Shown: positions 1 through 7,421 of the stretch, piece after piece
How the letters are laid out: the number at the start of each line of letters is the position of its first letter
How positions within the stretch are numbered: position 1 is the first letter of the stretch
NCBI GenBank assembly: GCA_030617585.1
Contig: JAUWVD010000016.1
Span: 1 to 12,120 of the forward strand
Direction: 5' to 3'
Origin: Candidatus Methanophagales archaeon
GTDB lineage: Archaea; Halobacteriota; Syntropharchaeia; Alkanophagales; Methanospirareceae
DNA: 12,120 nt
Program-made: the position numbers and the translations under genes
Notes under the pieces: generated by a model
Seen by the model: only the letters and a program-made list of their open reading frames with translations
Database searches by the model: none
What the model was told of the DNA's origin: nothing

Positions 1-186
1 CACTATATAAAGGTTTGCAGTACAAAGTTGTTTGGGATAGGTGGCTGCAGTGATTGGGGAGGACAATACGGATGCAGAAATTGCGCTGAATATTTATTTA
101 GCTTGACATTGTCACAAAACATTTCATTTACCGCAGAGAACGCTGAGTTCGTAGATAAAGTTTCATATAAAAATGGTTCCGATTGA
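1..186 (+). CDS. Possible 3' end of an upstream CDS, 5'-truncated by the window edge; Cys-containing fragment of unknown function
   Basis: Frame 1 is open from base 1 to TGA at 184-186 (61 sense codons: HYIKVCSTKLFGIGGCSDWGGQYGCRNCAEYLFSLTLSQNISFTAENAEFVDKVSYKNGSD*). It is absent from the ORF track because it has no start codon in the window. I recognise no domain. Confidence 0.3.
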   Translation, partial: HYIKVCSTKLFGIGGCSDWGGQYGCRNCAEYLFSLTLSQNISFTAENAEFVDKVSYKNGSD

Positions 187-331
187 GAATGAGATAAAAG
201 GGTGTTGCTATAAACTGTTTATGCACCTTAGGCGAGATAAAGCATATATTGGAAGCACCGAAAAACTTAACACACATGAAGCATTACAATTATATGCGAC
301 TTTCAGTTGTTATAAAATTATAGGAGGTGAT

Positions 332-1789
332 ATGAAAAAAATGAAAAGACAATTTGCGATGACAATAGCAGCGATATTATTGTTGTCTGCTTTAATGGTT
401 CCGTCAGTTATGTCCGGGAATGAGAATATTAGTACCACTATTGCTAACGATATAGATATGTCCAAAGTTCCAATCGGCATTGCTGCTACGGGTGATCTGG
501 TTGGTAAGATTGCCTTTGCCTCGAATAGAGATGGCGACAATGAGATTTTTGTGATGGATGCCAATGGCACAAATGTCGTGCAGCTAACAAGCAACAGTCA
601 GCTTTCATGTCCAGACGCAGATGAAGATGGTGTGTGCGATGCCGTTGACAACTGTCCAGATGATCCAGGTCAAGAATGGAATTGCGGATGCCCATGTCTC
701 GGTGGGGGCGTTGGTGACGTAGTATTCATAATGGATACTTCGGGTTCAATGGATGATGAGTTCAGTGCGCTGTGTTCAAAGATTGAAACAGTTATTAGTG
801 ATCTCCAGAGCCAAGGGATAAACATAACCTACAAGATAGTTGGAATCACAAAGAACAGACCTTGCACTTCTGATTATGTCAAAAAGATGGTTAGCAACCC
901 CCTTTCAAATCATCAGGAAGATTGGGGACCGGCAACACAGGATATCGCAGAGAAGTATTCATGGCGTGCTGGTGCGACAAGAATAATCATACCTATGAGT
1001 GACGAGGGCCCAGATAGCGGATGTCCGATTACTTCTGATGATCAGACTTCAATAACGAACGCAATAGCATCTGCAAAGGCAAATAATGTGAGAGTTTCCC
1101 CAGTCATATGCTCGAAAACTAGTGAGTGCACGGATGCTGAACACGACACAATGGTATCGTTAGCTCAGGTTTTGGCATCAAGTACAGGTGGCACACAGTT
1201 CACTTCCGCAGATCCCGGCTCTGACCTCGCCGATGGAATAAGAAACTTACTGGGTAGAGGCGTTTGTGATAGAGACGGAGACGGTGTTCCTGATGGTTGC
1301 GATCCGTATCCAGATGATCCAGGCCTGTGTGGAGACGAGGATGCTGATGGAATAGATGACTGTGCAAAAAATTGTCCATGCGAACCCTGTGTATCTATTA
1401 GTGTTGAGGTCAGTACAAACAAAAATTCGTACACACCCGGAGATGTCTTTGTCTACAATGTCTCGGTCAAGAATAATCAAATATCTAAGGGGGCAGAGAA
1501 GAGCAGAATAGCGATCTCCTATGGATTGATCGACCCTACACCAAAGACCTTCATAATAGGGACACGTATGCCCGATATATCTCTGAGCGATGCGTACAAC
1601 TTCTCTGGCGACTTCATAGTGCCGGATGACGTCTATAGCGGTAAGTACCTCTTCTTCGCAGCAGCAAGTGACCTGGAAACAGGGTGCAGTGGAATTGATG
1701 CGGAACCATATTCGATACGGCTAACACGCATCTCTAAAGCAAGCATAGAAGAAGCATGGAAGAATTGGCTGGAAATAGTAGATAACTGA
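332..1789 (+). CDS. Secreted Cys-rich protein with a von Willebrand factor A domain, thrombospondin type-3-like Ca-binding repeats and one PD40/TolB-like repeat
   Basis: ORF 173..1789. I moved the start to ATG 332 because AGGAGGTGAT (322-331) lies directly upstream. The product then begins MKKMKRQFAMTIAAILLLSALMVPSVMSG, a signal peptide. Motifs read in the translation are: PD40-like GKIAFASNRDGDNEIFVMDANGTNVVQLT; TSP3-like DADEDGVCDAVDNCPDDPG and DRDGDGVPDGCDPYPDDPG..DEDADGIDDC; vWA MIDAS DxSxS in VVFIMDTSGSMDDEF; and a beta-rich C-terminal domain. Confidence 0.8.
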   Translation: MKKMKRQFAMTIAAILLLSALMVPSVMSGNENISTTIANDIDMSKVPIGIAATGDLVGKIAFASNRDGDNEIFVMDANGTNVVQLTSNSQLSCPDADEDGVCDAVDNCPDDPGQEWNCGCPCLGGGVGDVVFIMDTSGSMDDEFSALCSKIETVISDLQSQGINITYKIVGITKNRPCTSDYVKKMVSNPLSNHQEDWGPATQDIAEKYSWRAGATRIIIPMSDEGPDSGCPITSDDQTSITNAIASAKANNVRVSPVICSKTSECTDAEHDTMVSLAQVLASSTGGTQFTSADPGSDLADGIRNLLGRGVCDRDGDGVPDGCDPYPDDPGLCGDEDADGIDDCAKNCPCEPCVSISVEVSTNKNSYTPGDVFVYNVSVKNNQISKGAEKSRIAISYGLIDPTPKTFIIGTRMPDISLSDAYNFSGDFIVPDDVYSGKYLFFAAASDLETGCSGIDAEPYSIRLTRISKASIEEAWKNWLEIVDN

Positions 1790-1793
1790 GTTG

Positions 1794-1822
1794 AAGCCGC
1801 ATAATGCGGCTTTTTATTTTTT
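1794..1822 (+). terminator. Hairpin plus oligo-T terminator after the vWA gene
   Basis: AAGCCGCA-TAA-TGCGGCTT forms a perfect 8-bp stem (1794-1801 pairs with 1805-1812) and runs into TTTTTATTTTTT. Confidence 0.6.
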
Positions 1823-1823
1823 A

Positions 1824-1831
1824 ATTATAAA
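1824..1831 (+). promoter_or_regulatory. TATA box of gltX; the transcript is probably leaderless
   Basis: ATTATAAA lies about 20 nt upstream of ATG 1848. There is no SD-like sequence between them. Confidence 0.4.
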
Positions 1832-1847
1832 GAATCAGTAGAGCACA

Positions 1848-3524
1848 ATGGAAGAGACACTAACAAGGATAAGGAAATCCGCCCTGCAGAATGCAGTAAG
1901 ATATGAGAAACCGCCGAAGGTGGATTCCGTGCTGAAGAAGATCCTCGGTGAGAATCCGGAATTGAGAAAGGATGCGAAACAGGTGTACGCACTGGTAAAA
2001 GAAGAGATAAAGCGTATAGAATCAATGAGCAAGGAAGAGCGAATAGCGGAATTGACCAAGCTAGCACCCGAATTAGTAGCAGAGCCAAAAGAGAAAGCGA
2101 AACAGGAAGTGAGACTACCAGACCTGCAACTTACAGAAGGCGAAAGAGTTGTGATGCGATTCGCACCCAATCCAAACGGTGCTGCAACGCTTGGCAGTGT
2201 CCGGGGCATAATAGTAAATTCCGAATATGCGAAACGGTATAAAGGCAAATTCATTCTGCGGTTTGATGATACAGACCCGGTCGTAAAGCGCCCGTTATTA
2301 GATGCTTATGATTGGTACCTTGAAGATTGCGCATGGCTAGATGCTGAACCAGACGAAGTGGTAGTGGCATCTGACCGTATAGATATATATTACAAATATG
2401 CCGAGGAGCTGCTAAGAAAAAGCGCGGCTTATGTCTGCTTTTGCACTTCTGATGCTTTCAAAGTATACAAAGAGCGGGAAGAACCTTGCCCTCATAGAGA
2501 TGTTAGCGTTATGGCGAATATGGCCAATTGGGCGAAGATGCTAACGGGCGCTTATGAAGAGAAGGAAGCGGTTCTGAGGATAAAAACGGACATGACAAGT
2601 GCGGACCCAGCTTTAAAAGATTGGGTTGCATTTCGAATATTAAAAAAAGATCATCCTAGGGTTGGCAGCAGATATGTGGTATGGCCAACATTGGATTTCG
2701 AATCTGCGATAGAAGATCATCTGCTTGGTGTAACGCATATAATAAGGGGCAAGGACCTGATGAAATCGGGACAGAGGCAGCAGTTCTTATATGACTATCT
2801 CGGCTGGCAATATCCAAGAACAATACTCTGGGGTAGGATAAAGATGCAAGAATTCGGTAAATTCAGCACGTCCGAGCTAAGGAAACAGATAGAAAGCGGT
2901 GAATATGGCGGCTGGGACGATCCGCAGCTCCCAACGCTAAAAGCACTACGTAGAAGAGGGTTTCGGTCAGAAGCGATTCGTAAGTTCTTTATCTCTATCG
3001 GCGTTACACAAACGGACATAGCGGTGAGTATGAAGAATTTGTACGCGGAGAACCGGAAAGCCGTGGATGCACACGCATCGCGATATTTCTTTGTGCGTAA
3101 CCCGAAAGCGATGAAGCTAAAGGATAGCGATTCCTTCGTAGTTAAAGCTTTGAAACATCCTTCTAGAGCGGATTACCGGGAGATACGAACCGGTGATACC
3201 GTTTACATAAGTGGCGATGATTTCGCGAAGATAGAAGCGGGGCAAAAGAAATTACGGCTGAAATACCTCTGCACTGTGGAAATAGAGTCCGTTAACCCAT
3301 TACGGGCCAAGGTTATAGATCCCGAACCAGAAGTACCAGTTATCCAATGGGCACCCACCCAGAATATAAAAGTTCGGGTAAAGAGACCAGAAGGAATAGA
3401 CGAAGGCATAGGCGAGCCGTTGATCGCTTCTGAACTCGGAAACGTGGTTCAGTTCGAACGATACGGGTTCGTCATGATTGATTCTGTTGCAAAAACGGAG
3501 GTAGTAGCATATTTCACACATTAA
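1848..3524 (+). CDS. gltX: Glutamyl-tRNA synthetase, archaeal type (class I, Glu/GlnRS family)
   Basis: 558-aa ORF. Family blocks read in the translation: VVMRFAPNPNG...KFILRFDDTDP, GVTHIIRGKDL, GEYGGWDDPQLPTLKALRRRGFRSEAIRKF, NRKAVDAHASRYFFV and VQFERYGFVMID. An N-terminal helical extension of about 95 aa (RKSALQNAV...ILGENPELRKDAK) matches my recollection of archaeal GluRS. The HIGH position reads TLGS (see findings). Confidence 0.93.
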   Translation: MEETLTRIRKSALQNAVRYEKPPKVDSVLKKILGENPELRKDAKQVYALVKEEIKRIESMSKEERIAELTKLAPELVAEPKEKAKQEVRLPDLQLTEGERVVMRFAPNPNGAATLGSVRGIIVNSEYAKRYKGKFILRFDDTDPVVKRPLLDAYDWYLEDCAWLDAEPDEVVVASDRIDIYYKYAEELLRKSAAYVCFCTSDAFKVYKEREEPCPHRDVSVMANMANWAKMLTGAYEEKEAVLRIKTDMTSADPALKDWVAFRILKKDHPRVGSRYVVWPTLDFESAIEDHLLGVTHIIRGKDLMKSGQRQQFLYDYLGWQYPRTILWGRIKMQEFGKFSTSELRKQIESGEYGGWDDPQLPTLKALRRRGFRSEAIRKFFISIGVTQTDIAVSMKNLYAENRKAVDAHASRYFFVRNPKAMKLKDSDSFVVKALKHPSRADYREIRTGDTVYISGDDFAKIEAGQKKLRLKYLCTVEIESVNPLRAKVIDPEPEVPVIQWAPTQNIKVRVKRPEGIDEGIGEPLIASELGNVVQFERYGFVMIDSVAKTEVVAYFTH

Positions 3525-3551
3525 AAATAAAATAAATACAAACTATCTACG

Positions 3552-3568
3552 TTATATATTATATATAC
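3552..3568 (+). promoter_or_regulatory. TATA-rich promoter region for the Lrp/AsnC gene
   Basis: TTATATATTATATATAC lies 45-60 nt upstream of ATG 3613. The SD AAGGAGG is at 3601-3607. Confidence 0.35.
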
Positions 3569-3612
3569 ACCTAAGATAAATGTCATTGTTGCTCGCATTA
3601 AAGGAGGATAGC

Positions 3613-4053
3613 ATGGATAATTTAGATAAAAGGATACTGGAGGAACTGCAGTTGGATTCTCGTAAATCTTTCACTAAGATTGCGCAGAGCATAGGCGTAA
3701 GCACTGCCACTGTAAGCGATAGAGTGAAAAAGCTAACGGAGAAAGGTATCATTTGTAGCTATACTACTATTCTTAATACCTCTGAGATCGGCATGGTTAC
3801 GCTAATCTCCAAGATAAAAATCAAGCAGGAATATAATATCGAAGAGGTTGGGAAAGAGATGGCGGAGATAGAAGCGAGTTGTTGCGTTCACCATGTAACT
3901 GGTGATTTTGATCTACTCGTCATCTCCAAGTGCATAGGACATGGTAAATGTGGCTCTATTATAGAGAAATTAAAAGGAATCACAGGTGTGGAACGGGTGG
4001 ATTCAGAGCTTGTACTCAAGACACTAAAGGAAGAGCTTAACGTTAAGCTGTGA
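3613..4053 (+). CDS. Lrp/AsnC-family transcriptional regulator (HTH plus RAM/AsnC ligand domain)
   Basis: ORF 3580..4053. I set the start at ATG 3613, which is preceded by GGAGG (3603-3607). The N-terminus MDNLDKRILEELQLDSRKSFTKIAQSIGVSTATVSDRVKKLTEKGII is a typical Lrp HTH. The C-terminal VHHVTGDFDLLVI...GVERVDSELVLKTLKE is a typical RAM domain. Confidence 0.88.
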   Translation: MDNLDKRILEELQLDSRKSFTKIAQSIGVSTATVSDRVKKLTEKGIICSYTTILNTSEIGMVTLISKIKIKQEYNIEEVGKEMAEIEASCCVHHVTGDFDLLVISKCIGHGKCGSIIEKLKGITGVERVDSELVLKTLKEELNVKL

Positions 4054-4058
4054 TGACA

Positions 4059-4073
4059 TTTAGTTTAGTTTAG
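4059..4073. repeat. (TTTAG)3 pentamer repeat, copy 1, overlapping the stop codon of the minus-strand Yip1-like gene
   Basis: TTTAGTTTAGTTTAG. An identical 15-mer occurs at 9309-9323. It carries TAG in all three plus-strand frames and TAA in all three minus-strand frames. Confidence 0.9.
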
Positions 4074-4636
4074 AGCATCATGGGGACAGCAAGCGCGGCA
4101 AGGACTGCGACAATTACTATCACGGGCACTAAGATTGCAACGATTATAGCAAGAATAGCCATTCCAGGCGAAAGCTCTTGGAGCTCCATCACACCGTTAA
4201 TTATCACTAGAACTGACCATATCGGGCCGATGATGACGTTCGCTACGGGAATCCAACCTAATATCAAGCACGGCGTTGCACCATACGTAACCGCTTTTGC
4301 AGTCTCCTTTAACCCCTTTCTACCGCCAAACAAGTACACCCAAATATGAAGCCATACTATGACGTAGAGCGCTGCGAAGAATCCTATGATCAGTATATCC
4401 ACAAAAGTCACTGCACCGAGCAGAAATGCGAATCCACCTAACATCGGCAATTCAACCATTGATTCCACTACTGATACCGCCACTGCCATTACAATTGCGA
4501 GTATTGCCGCTAGAACTGCCAGCAAAAGGATATAATACTTGAACGCATCCATGAGCGTGTCTTTCTTTGCCGCTCCGAATTCCTTTGCCGGATTAAACGC
4601 GAATCCGCGTATTCTTCCTAATATTTCCATTTGCAT
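4070..4636 (-). CDS. Integral membrane protein with about 5 TM segments, Yip1-domain-like
   Basis: ORF 4070..4642. Candidate starts are GTG 4642, ATG 4636 and ATG 4630, so the exact start is uncertain. There are five hydrophobic segments. The layout is a short cytosolic N-terminus (FNPAKEFGAAKKDTLMDAFKYY) followed by ...GGRKGLKETAKAVTYGATPCLILGWIP..., which resembles prokaryotic Yip1/YIP1-family proteins. This call rests on pattern recognition only. Confidence 0.6.
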   Translation of the reverse strand: MQMEILGRIRGFAFNPAKEFGAAKKDTLMDAFKYYILLLAVLAAILAIVMAVAVSVVESMVELPMLGGFAFLLGAVTFVDILIIGFFAALYVIVWLHIWVYLFGGRKGLKETAKAVTYGATPCLILGWIPVANVIIGPIWSVLVIINGVMELQELSPGMAILAIIVAILVPVIVIVAVLAALAVPMML

Positions 4637-4664
4637 CACCACTTCACTAAATGATATTTTCCCC

Positions 4665-4672
4665 TATATAAA
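4665..4672 (-). promoter_or_regulatory. TATA box (minus strand TTTATATA) with an upstream purine-rich BRE, for the Yip1-like gene
   Basis: The minus strand reads AGAAAGC-TTTATATA-GG. The TATA box lies about 23-30 nt upstream of the candidate starts at 4642 and 4636, which suggests a leaderless or near-leaderless mRNA. Confidence 0.45.
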
Positions 4673-4706
4673 GCTTTCTAATTTTTCTTTCTCGTGATGT
4701 AAAAAA

Positions 4707-4722
4707 GCGAAAAGTTTATATA
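4707..4722 (+). promoter_or_regulatory. BRE/TATA promoter for the NapC/NrfH-like cytochrome gene
   Basis: GCGAAAAG-TTTATATA matches the archaeal BRE+TATA consensus. It predicts a leader of about 55-60 nt that contains the SD GGAGG (4794-4798) before ATG 4806. Confidence 0.5.
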
Positions 4723-4805
4723 CCCTCCTTGCTAAAAGGTGATTAATACCTTTTGGAGTAGTGATATAAAAATGAAAGTGAAAAGTACATTTAGGAGGGT
4801 AGAGT

Positions 4806-5408
4806 ATGGAACTGGGTGAGAAGGTGATTATTGGATTGGTCGTAGTGGTTACTCTCGCTGTCATCATCGGTGCGGTGATTGGTGCGGTGGTTATAATGCC
4901 TGCAATGATGGAAGAGATGCACAAACCGGAGAGCTGTGCTTCTAACTGCCATGAGATGCAGCCTTTTTATGACTCTCTGATGGTCTCGCCGCACGCAGAA
5001 GTGGATTGTCATGACTGCCATAAACCTCATGGCCTGGAAATGTTCATGTATATGGGACATGCCCTTCATCATGCGGAAGGGATAATGGAAGGAAAGGAAT
5101 TTGAAGAGATGGCAGAGGAGATAGAAGAAATGCCACCGGCGTCTCCCAAGAATGAATATTGTCTGGAGTGCCATAATGGAGAAGAAGCCATGAAAGTATT
5201 AGAGAATATCGGTGACCCCACTATCATGTGCTTTAATTGCCATAAGACAATCAAGCACACAGCACATGAAATCAGTGAGTACACTGCCTACGAGAGCCCC
5301 AGTTATGCGGGATATGAGTGTGTGGCATGTCACGACGACCATAATGTAGACGTTACGGCAGAAACCTGTATGGTCTGTCATCCACCGGAGAAACATAAAG
5401 AGATGTAA
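4806..5408 (+). CDS. Membrane-anchored NapC/NirT/NrfH-family multiheme cytochrome c with six heme-binding motifs
   Basis: 200 aa. The N-terminal TM helix is VIIGLVVVVTLAVIIGAVIGAVVIM. The family signature is SCASNCHEMQPFYDSLMVSPHAEVDCHDCHKPH. The heme motifs are CASNCH (CX3CH), CHDCH, CLECH, CFNCH, CVACH and CMVCH. The SD is TAGGAGGG, 7 nt upstream of the ATG. Confidence 0.9.
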   Translation: MELGEKVIIGLVVVVTLAVIIGAVIGAVVIMPAMMEEMHKPESCASNCHEMQPFYDSLMVSPHAEVDCHDCHKPHGLEMFMYMGHALHHAEGIMEGKEFEEMAEEIEEMPPASPKNEYCLECHNGEEAMKVLENIGDPTIMCFNCHKTIKHTAHEISEYTAYESPSYAGYECVACHDDHNVDVTAETCMVCHPPEKHKEM

Positions 5409-5423
5409 TAAATTCTCTGGTTT

Positions 5424-7391
5424 TTATTTTTTACTTTTTAGTTCTCCGACGATTAGTATACTCATCCCAATTCCCATTAGCACTATTCCAAACCAGAGAA
5501 GCCAAATCAGGGGGATCTTCTTTACCTTGACGACAAACTCTTCCGGTTGGATTTCTGTGCCCATAAGGCCATAAAATAAGGCATTATAGCTGGATTCTGT
5601 TGGGTGCATAGAGGCATATATATCTCCTGCAAGAGAGGAGACAATTAAAGGCTCCGATACGACCCCCTGATTTGCATAGAAGTACATCCACAGAGTTCCT
5701 TGATGGACATCCCCTCCTTCTTTAATCAGAGCATCCATTTTTAGCGCTGTGTATTCAGGGCCTACGAAACCATGCTGTGGATAGTACACGCTCCCCATAT
5801 CGGTAAACATAGTAAAATTCCCAAATTCTATTTGTGTCCCTGAAATATCAATAGTGGAATTTGGCTCTGCGAGAAAGCTTTTTGGGTCCTTAGCAGAGTC
5901 AACTGCAGTGACAAAAACGCCTATTAGTATGATGATGATTGCGAGATGAATAATGGTTTTGCCCCATAATTGCAAAGAATTCCTCCTTTGCATTACTTTA
6001 GCGGAATTATAAGCGATAGCAAATCCCGCTGCGATTAATAGCGGAAGCCCGAAATTTGTCAGCGGACTCGGCGTTGGCCCACCGAGGAATGCTAAAATTA
6101 GCCCAATACCCAGCACCGTCGCGATTATTATGATATATCGCCCTAATTTCAGCGCGCTGTTGCAACCCAATAAAGCAGCCACGAAAGCGAGCGTGAAGGG
6201 GAAGCACCAATTGTTATAAAATTGTATACTTGTAGCGCTCATGGGGTTCTCGCTGAAAATGCCACCGATTATTGGCGCTGCATTTCCGAAGAAGCATATA
6301 ACCAACAAAAACATCAGCGACCAGTAAGCGGCGAAGATAGAGACAGAATAAAGCGAAGCAGTGTCAATATCAAAGCTATAAAGCGGTTTTTTCGCTATTA
6401 TCGCAAGATAAAGGAAGCATAAAAAAACGCAAAAAGCGAACAGCAGAAGCACTGGTCCGACAGGGGATTTCCCAAACGCATGAACCGACTCCAATAACCC
6501 GCCCCGAGTAAGAGCGCTGGCGAAGATAATCATAATAAACGAAACCATGAGTGTGAACTCTTTCGCCAGATCTTTGCTCTTTTCAGGCAGGTGAAAGTAT
6601 GCGGTGAGAGCAAACCAGGGCAGTAAAGATGCCGTCTCTACCGGGTCCCACGTCCAGTATCCGCCCCACCCAAGGACTTCATAGGACCACCAACCACCGA
6701 GCGCTATCCCAATCGCCAAAAACAGCCAGGCTGCATACAGGGAACGTTTTAAAGCTGCTCTTAGTTCTTGCTTTTCTCCTGTTATCATTCCCGCCAGCGT
6801 CAGTGCAAATGCGAAGAAGACAAATACATAACCAAAAAAGACCACGGGCGGATGAACAAGCACCCAAAACGTTTGCAGCAGTGGATTGAGCCCCACACCA
6901 TCCGGGGGCGTCATGGGTAGGCGCTCAAAAGGGCTCTGAAGCAAGGTGACGAGAAGGAGGAAGATAAGGAAGATGTCCAGTATTTTGTATGTGGTGGTGC
7001 GAGTCTTGCTTTCTTTTCCTAATCCTTTAAACCGGAACACAAAATATACGAGCACAAAGAAGAAAGTTACAAAGAGCATTGACCCGCTGCTCCCTATCCA
7101 TGGGTCTCCTATCTTATACGAGAGGGACAAGCTCGATGAACTGTATGTGTACACCTCTTTCAACGAAAAAATATCATTCACGAAGGATTGAGTGAGCATG
7201 AGGTATGAGACTACTACTATTAGACAGGCAATGGAAAAGGCGATAAATGTGAGTTTTAAATTATCCTTCTCTCCGTGTTTGGCATTTACCCTTAACAAGA
7301 GGATAAAGTCAAGAACTAGCAAGATGCAGGATAACAGCACGAGCCAGGGGAAGATCAAAGCGAAAAATAAGAGGACTTCTTCCATTACCAT
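5424..7391 (-). CDS. ccmF: Cytochrome c-type biogenesis protein CcmF (System I heme lyase component)
   Basis: ORF 5424..7406, which the track starts at a TTG. I prefer ATG 7391 (MVMEEVLL...) because a minus-strand TTTATATA box at 7422-7429 predicts a TSS just upstream of it. The WWD motif is WGGYWTWDPVETASLLPW. All four conserved His contexts are present: VHPPVVFFGYV, TAYFH, ESVHAFG and TIIHLAII. There are many TM helices and a CcmF_C-like periplasmic domain before the last TM. Confidence 0.92.
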   Translation of the reverse strand: MVMEEVLLFFALIFPWLVLLSCILLVLDFILLLRVNAKHGEKDNLKLTFIAFSIACLIVVVSYLMLTQSFVNDIFSLKEVYTYSSSSLSLSYKIGDPWIGSSGSMLFVTFFFVLVYFVFRFKGLGKESKTRTTTYKILDIFLIFLLLVTLLQSPFERLPMTPPDGVGLNPLLQTFWVLVHPPVVFFGYVFVFFAFALTLAGMITGEKQELRAALKRSLYAAWLFLAIGIALGGWWSYEVLGWGGYWTWDPVETASLLPWFALTAYFHLPEKSKDLAKEFTLMVSFIMIIFASALTRGGLLESVHAFGKSPVGPVLLLFAFCVFLCFLYLAIIAKKPLYSFDIDTASLYSVSIFAAYWSLMFLLVICFFGNAAPIIGGIFSENPMSATSIQFYNNWCFPFTLAFVAALLGCNSALKLGRYIIIIATVLGIGLILAFLGGPTPSPLTNFGLPLLIAAGFAIAYNSAKVMQRRNSLQLWGKTIIHLAIIIILIGVFVTAVDSAKDPKSFLAEPNSTIDISGTQIEFGNFTMFTDMGSVYYPQHGFVGPEYTALKMDALIKEGGDVHQGTLWMYFYANQGVVSEPLIVSSLAGDIYASMHPTESSYNALFYGLMGTEIQPEEFVVKVKKIPLIWLLWFGIVLMGIGMSILIVGELKSKK

Positions 7392-7421
7392 TTTTGGTTC
7401 AAGCAAATATAAACTTTATGG

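Noticed and set aside
173-331. The 53-codon N-terminal extension of the vWA ORF suggested by the ORF track (MVPIENEIKGCCYKLF...).
   Set aside because: The internal ATG at 332 has a perfect AGGAGGTGAT SD and starts a textbook signal peptide. The upstream extension has no SD and would bury the signal peptide.
310-3521. Multiple short antisense or off-frame ORFs inside the vWA and gltX genes: 310..594, 486..695, 1165..1434, 1247..1480, 1825..2088, 1835..2254, 2795..3019, 3203..3409 and 3300..3521.
   Set aside because: All are nested in well-supported genes on the opposite strand, lack SD or TATA context, and encode low-complexity products.
3613-4053. Whether the stand-alone Lrp/AsnC-like protein is a third AhbA/B-type siroheme decarboxylase subunit rather than a regulator.
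   Set aside because: It lacks the H-x-Y-x-R ... NLWFT blocks seen in both halves of the fused AhbAB. Instead it has the classical Lrp RAM-domain pattern (VHHVTGDFDLLVI), so I kept it as a transcription factor.
4664-5174. Minus-strand ORFs 4664..4924 and 4791..5174, plus 5069..5284 and 5199..5396, overlapping the NapC/NrfH-like gene.
   Set aside because: They are antisense to a gene with a TM anchor, six heme motifs and a strong SD. They have no motifs of their own, and one spans the divergent promoter region.
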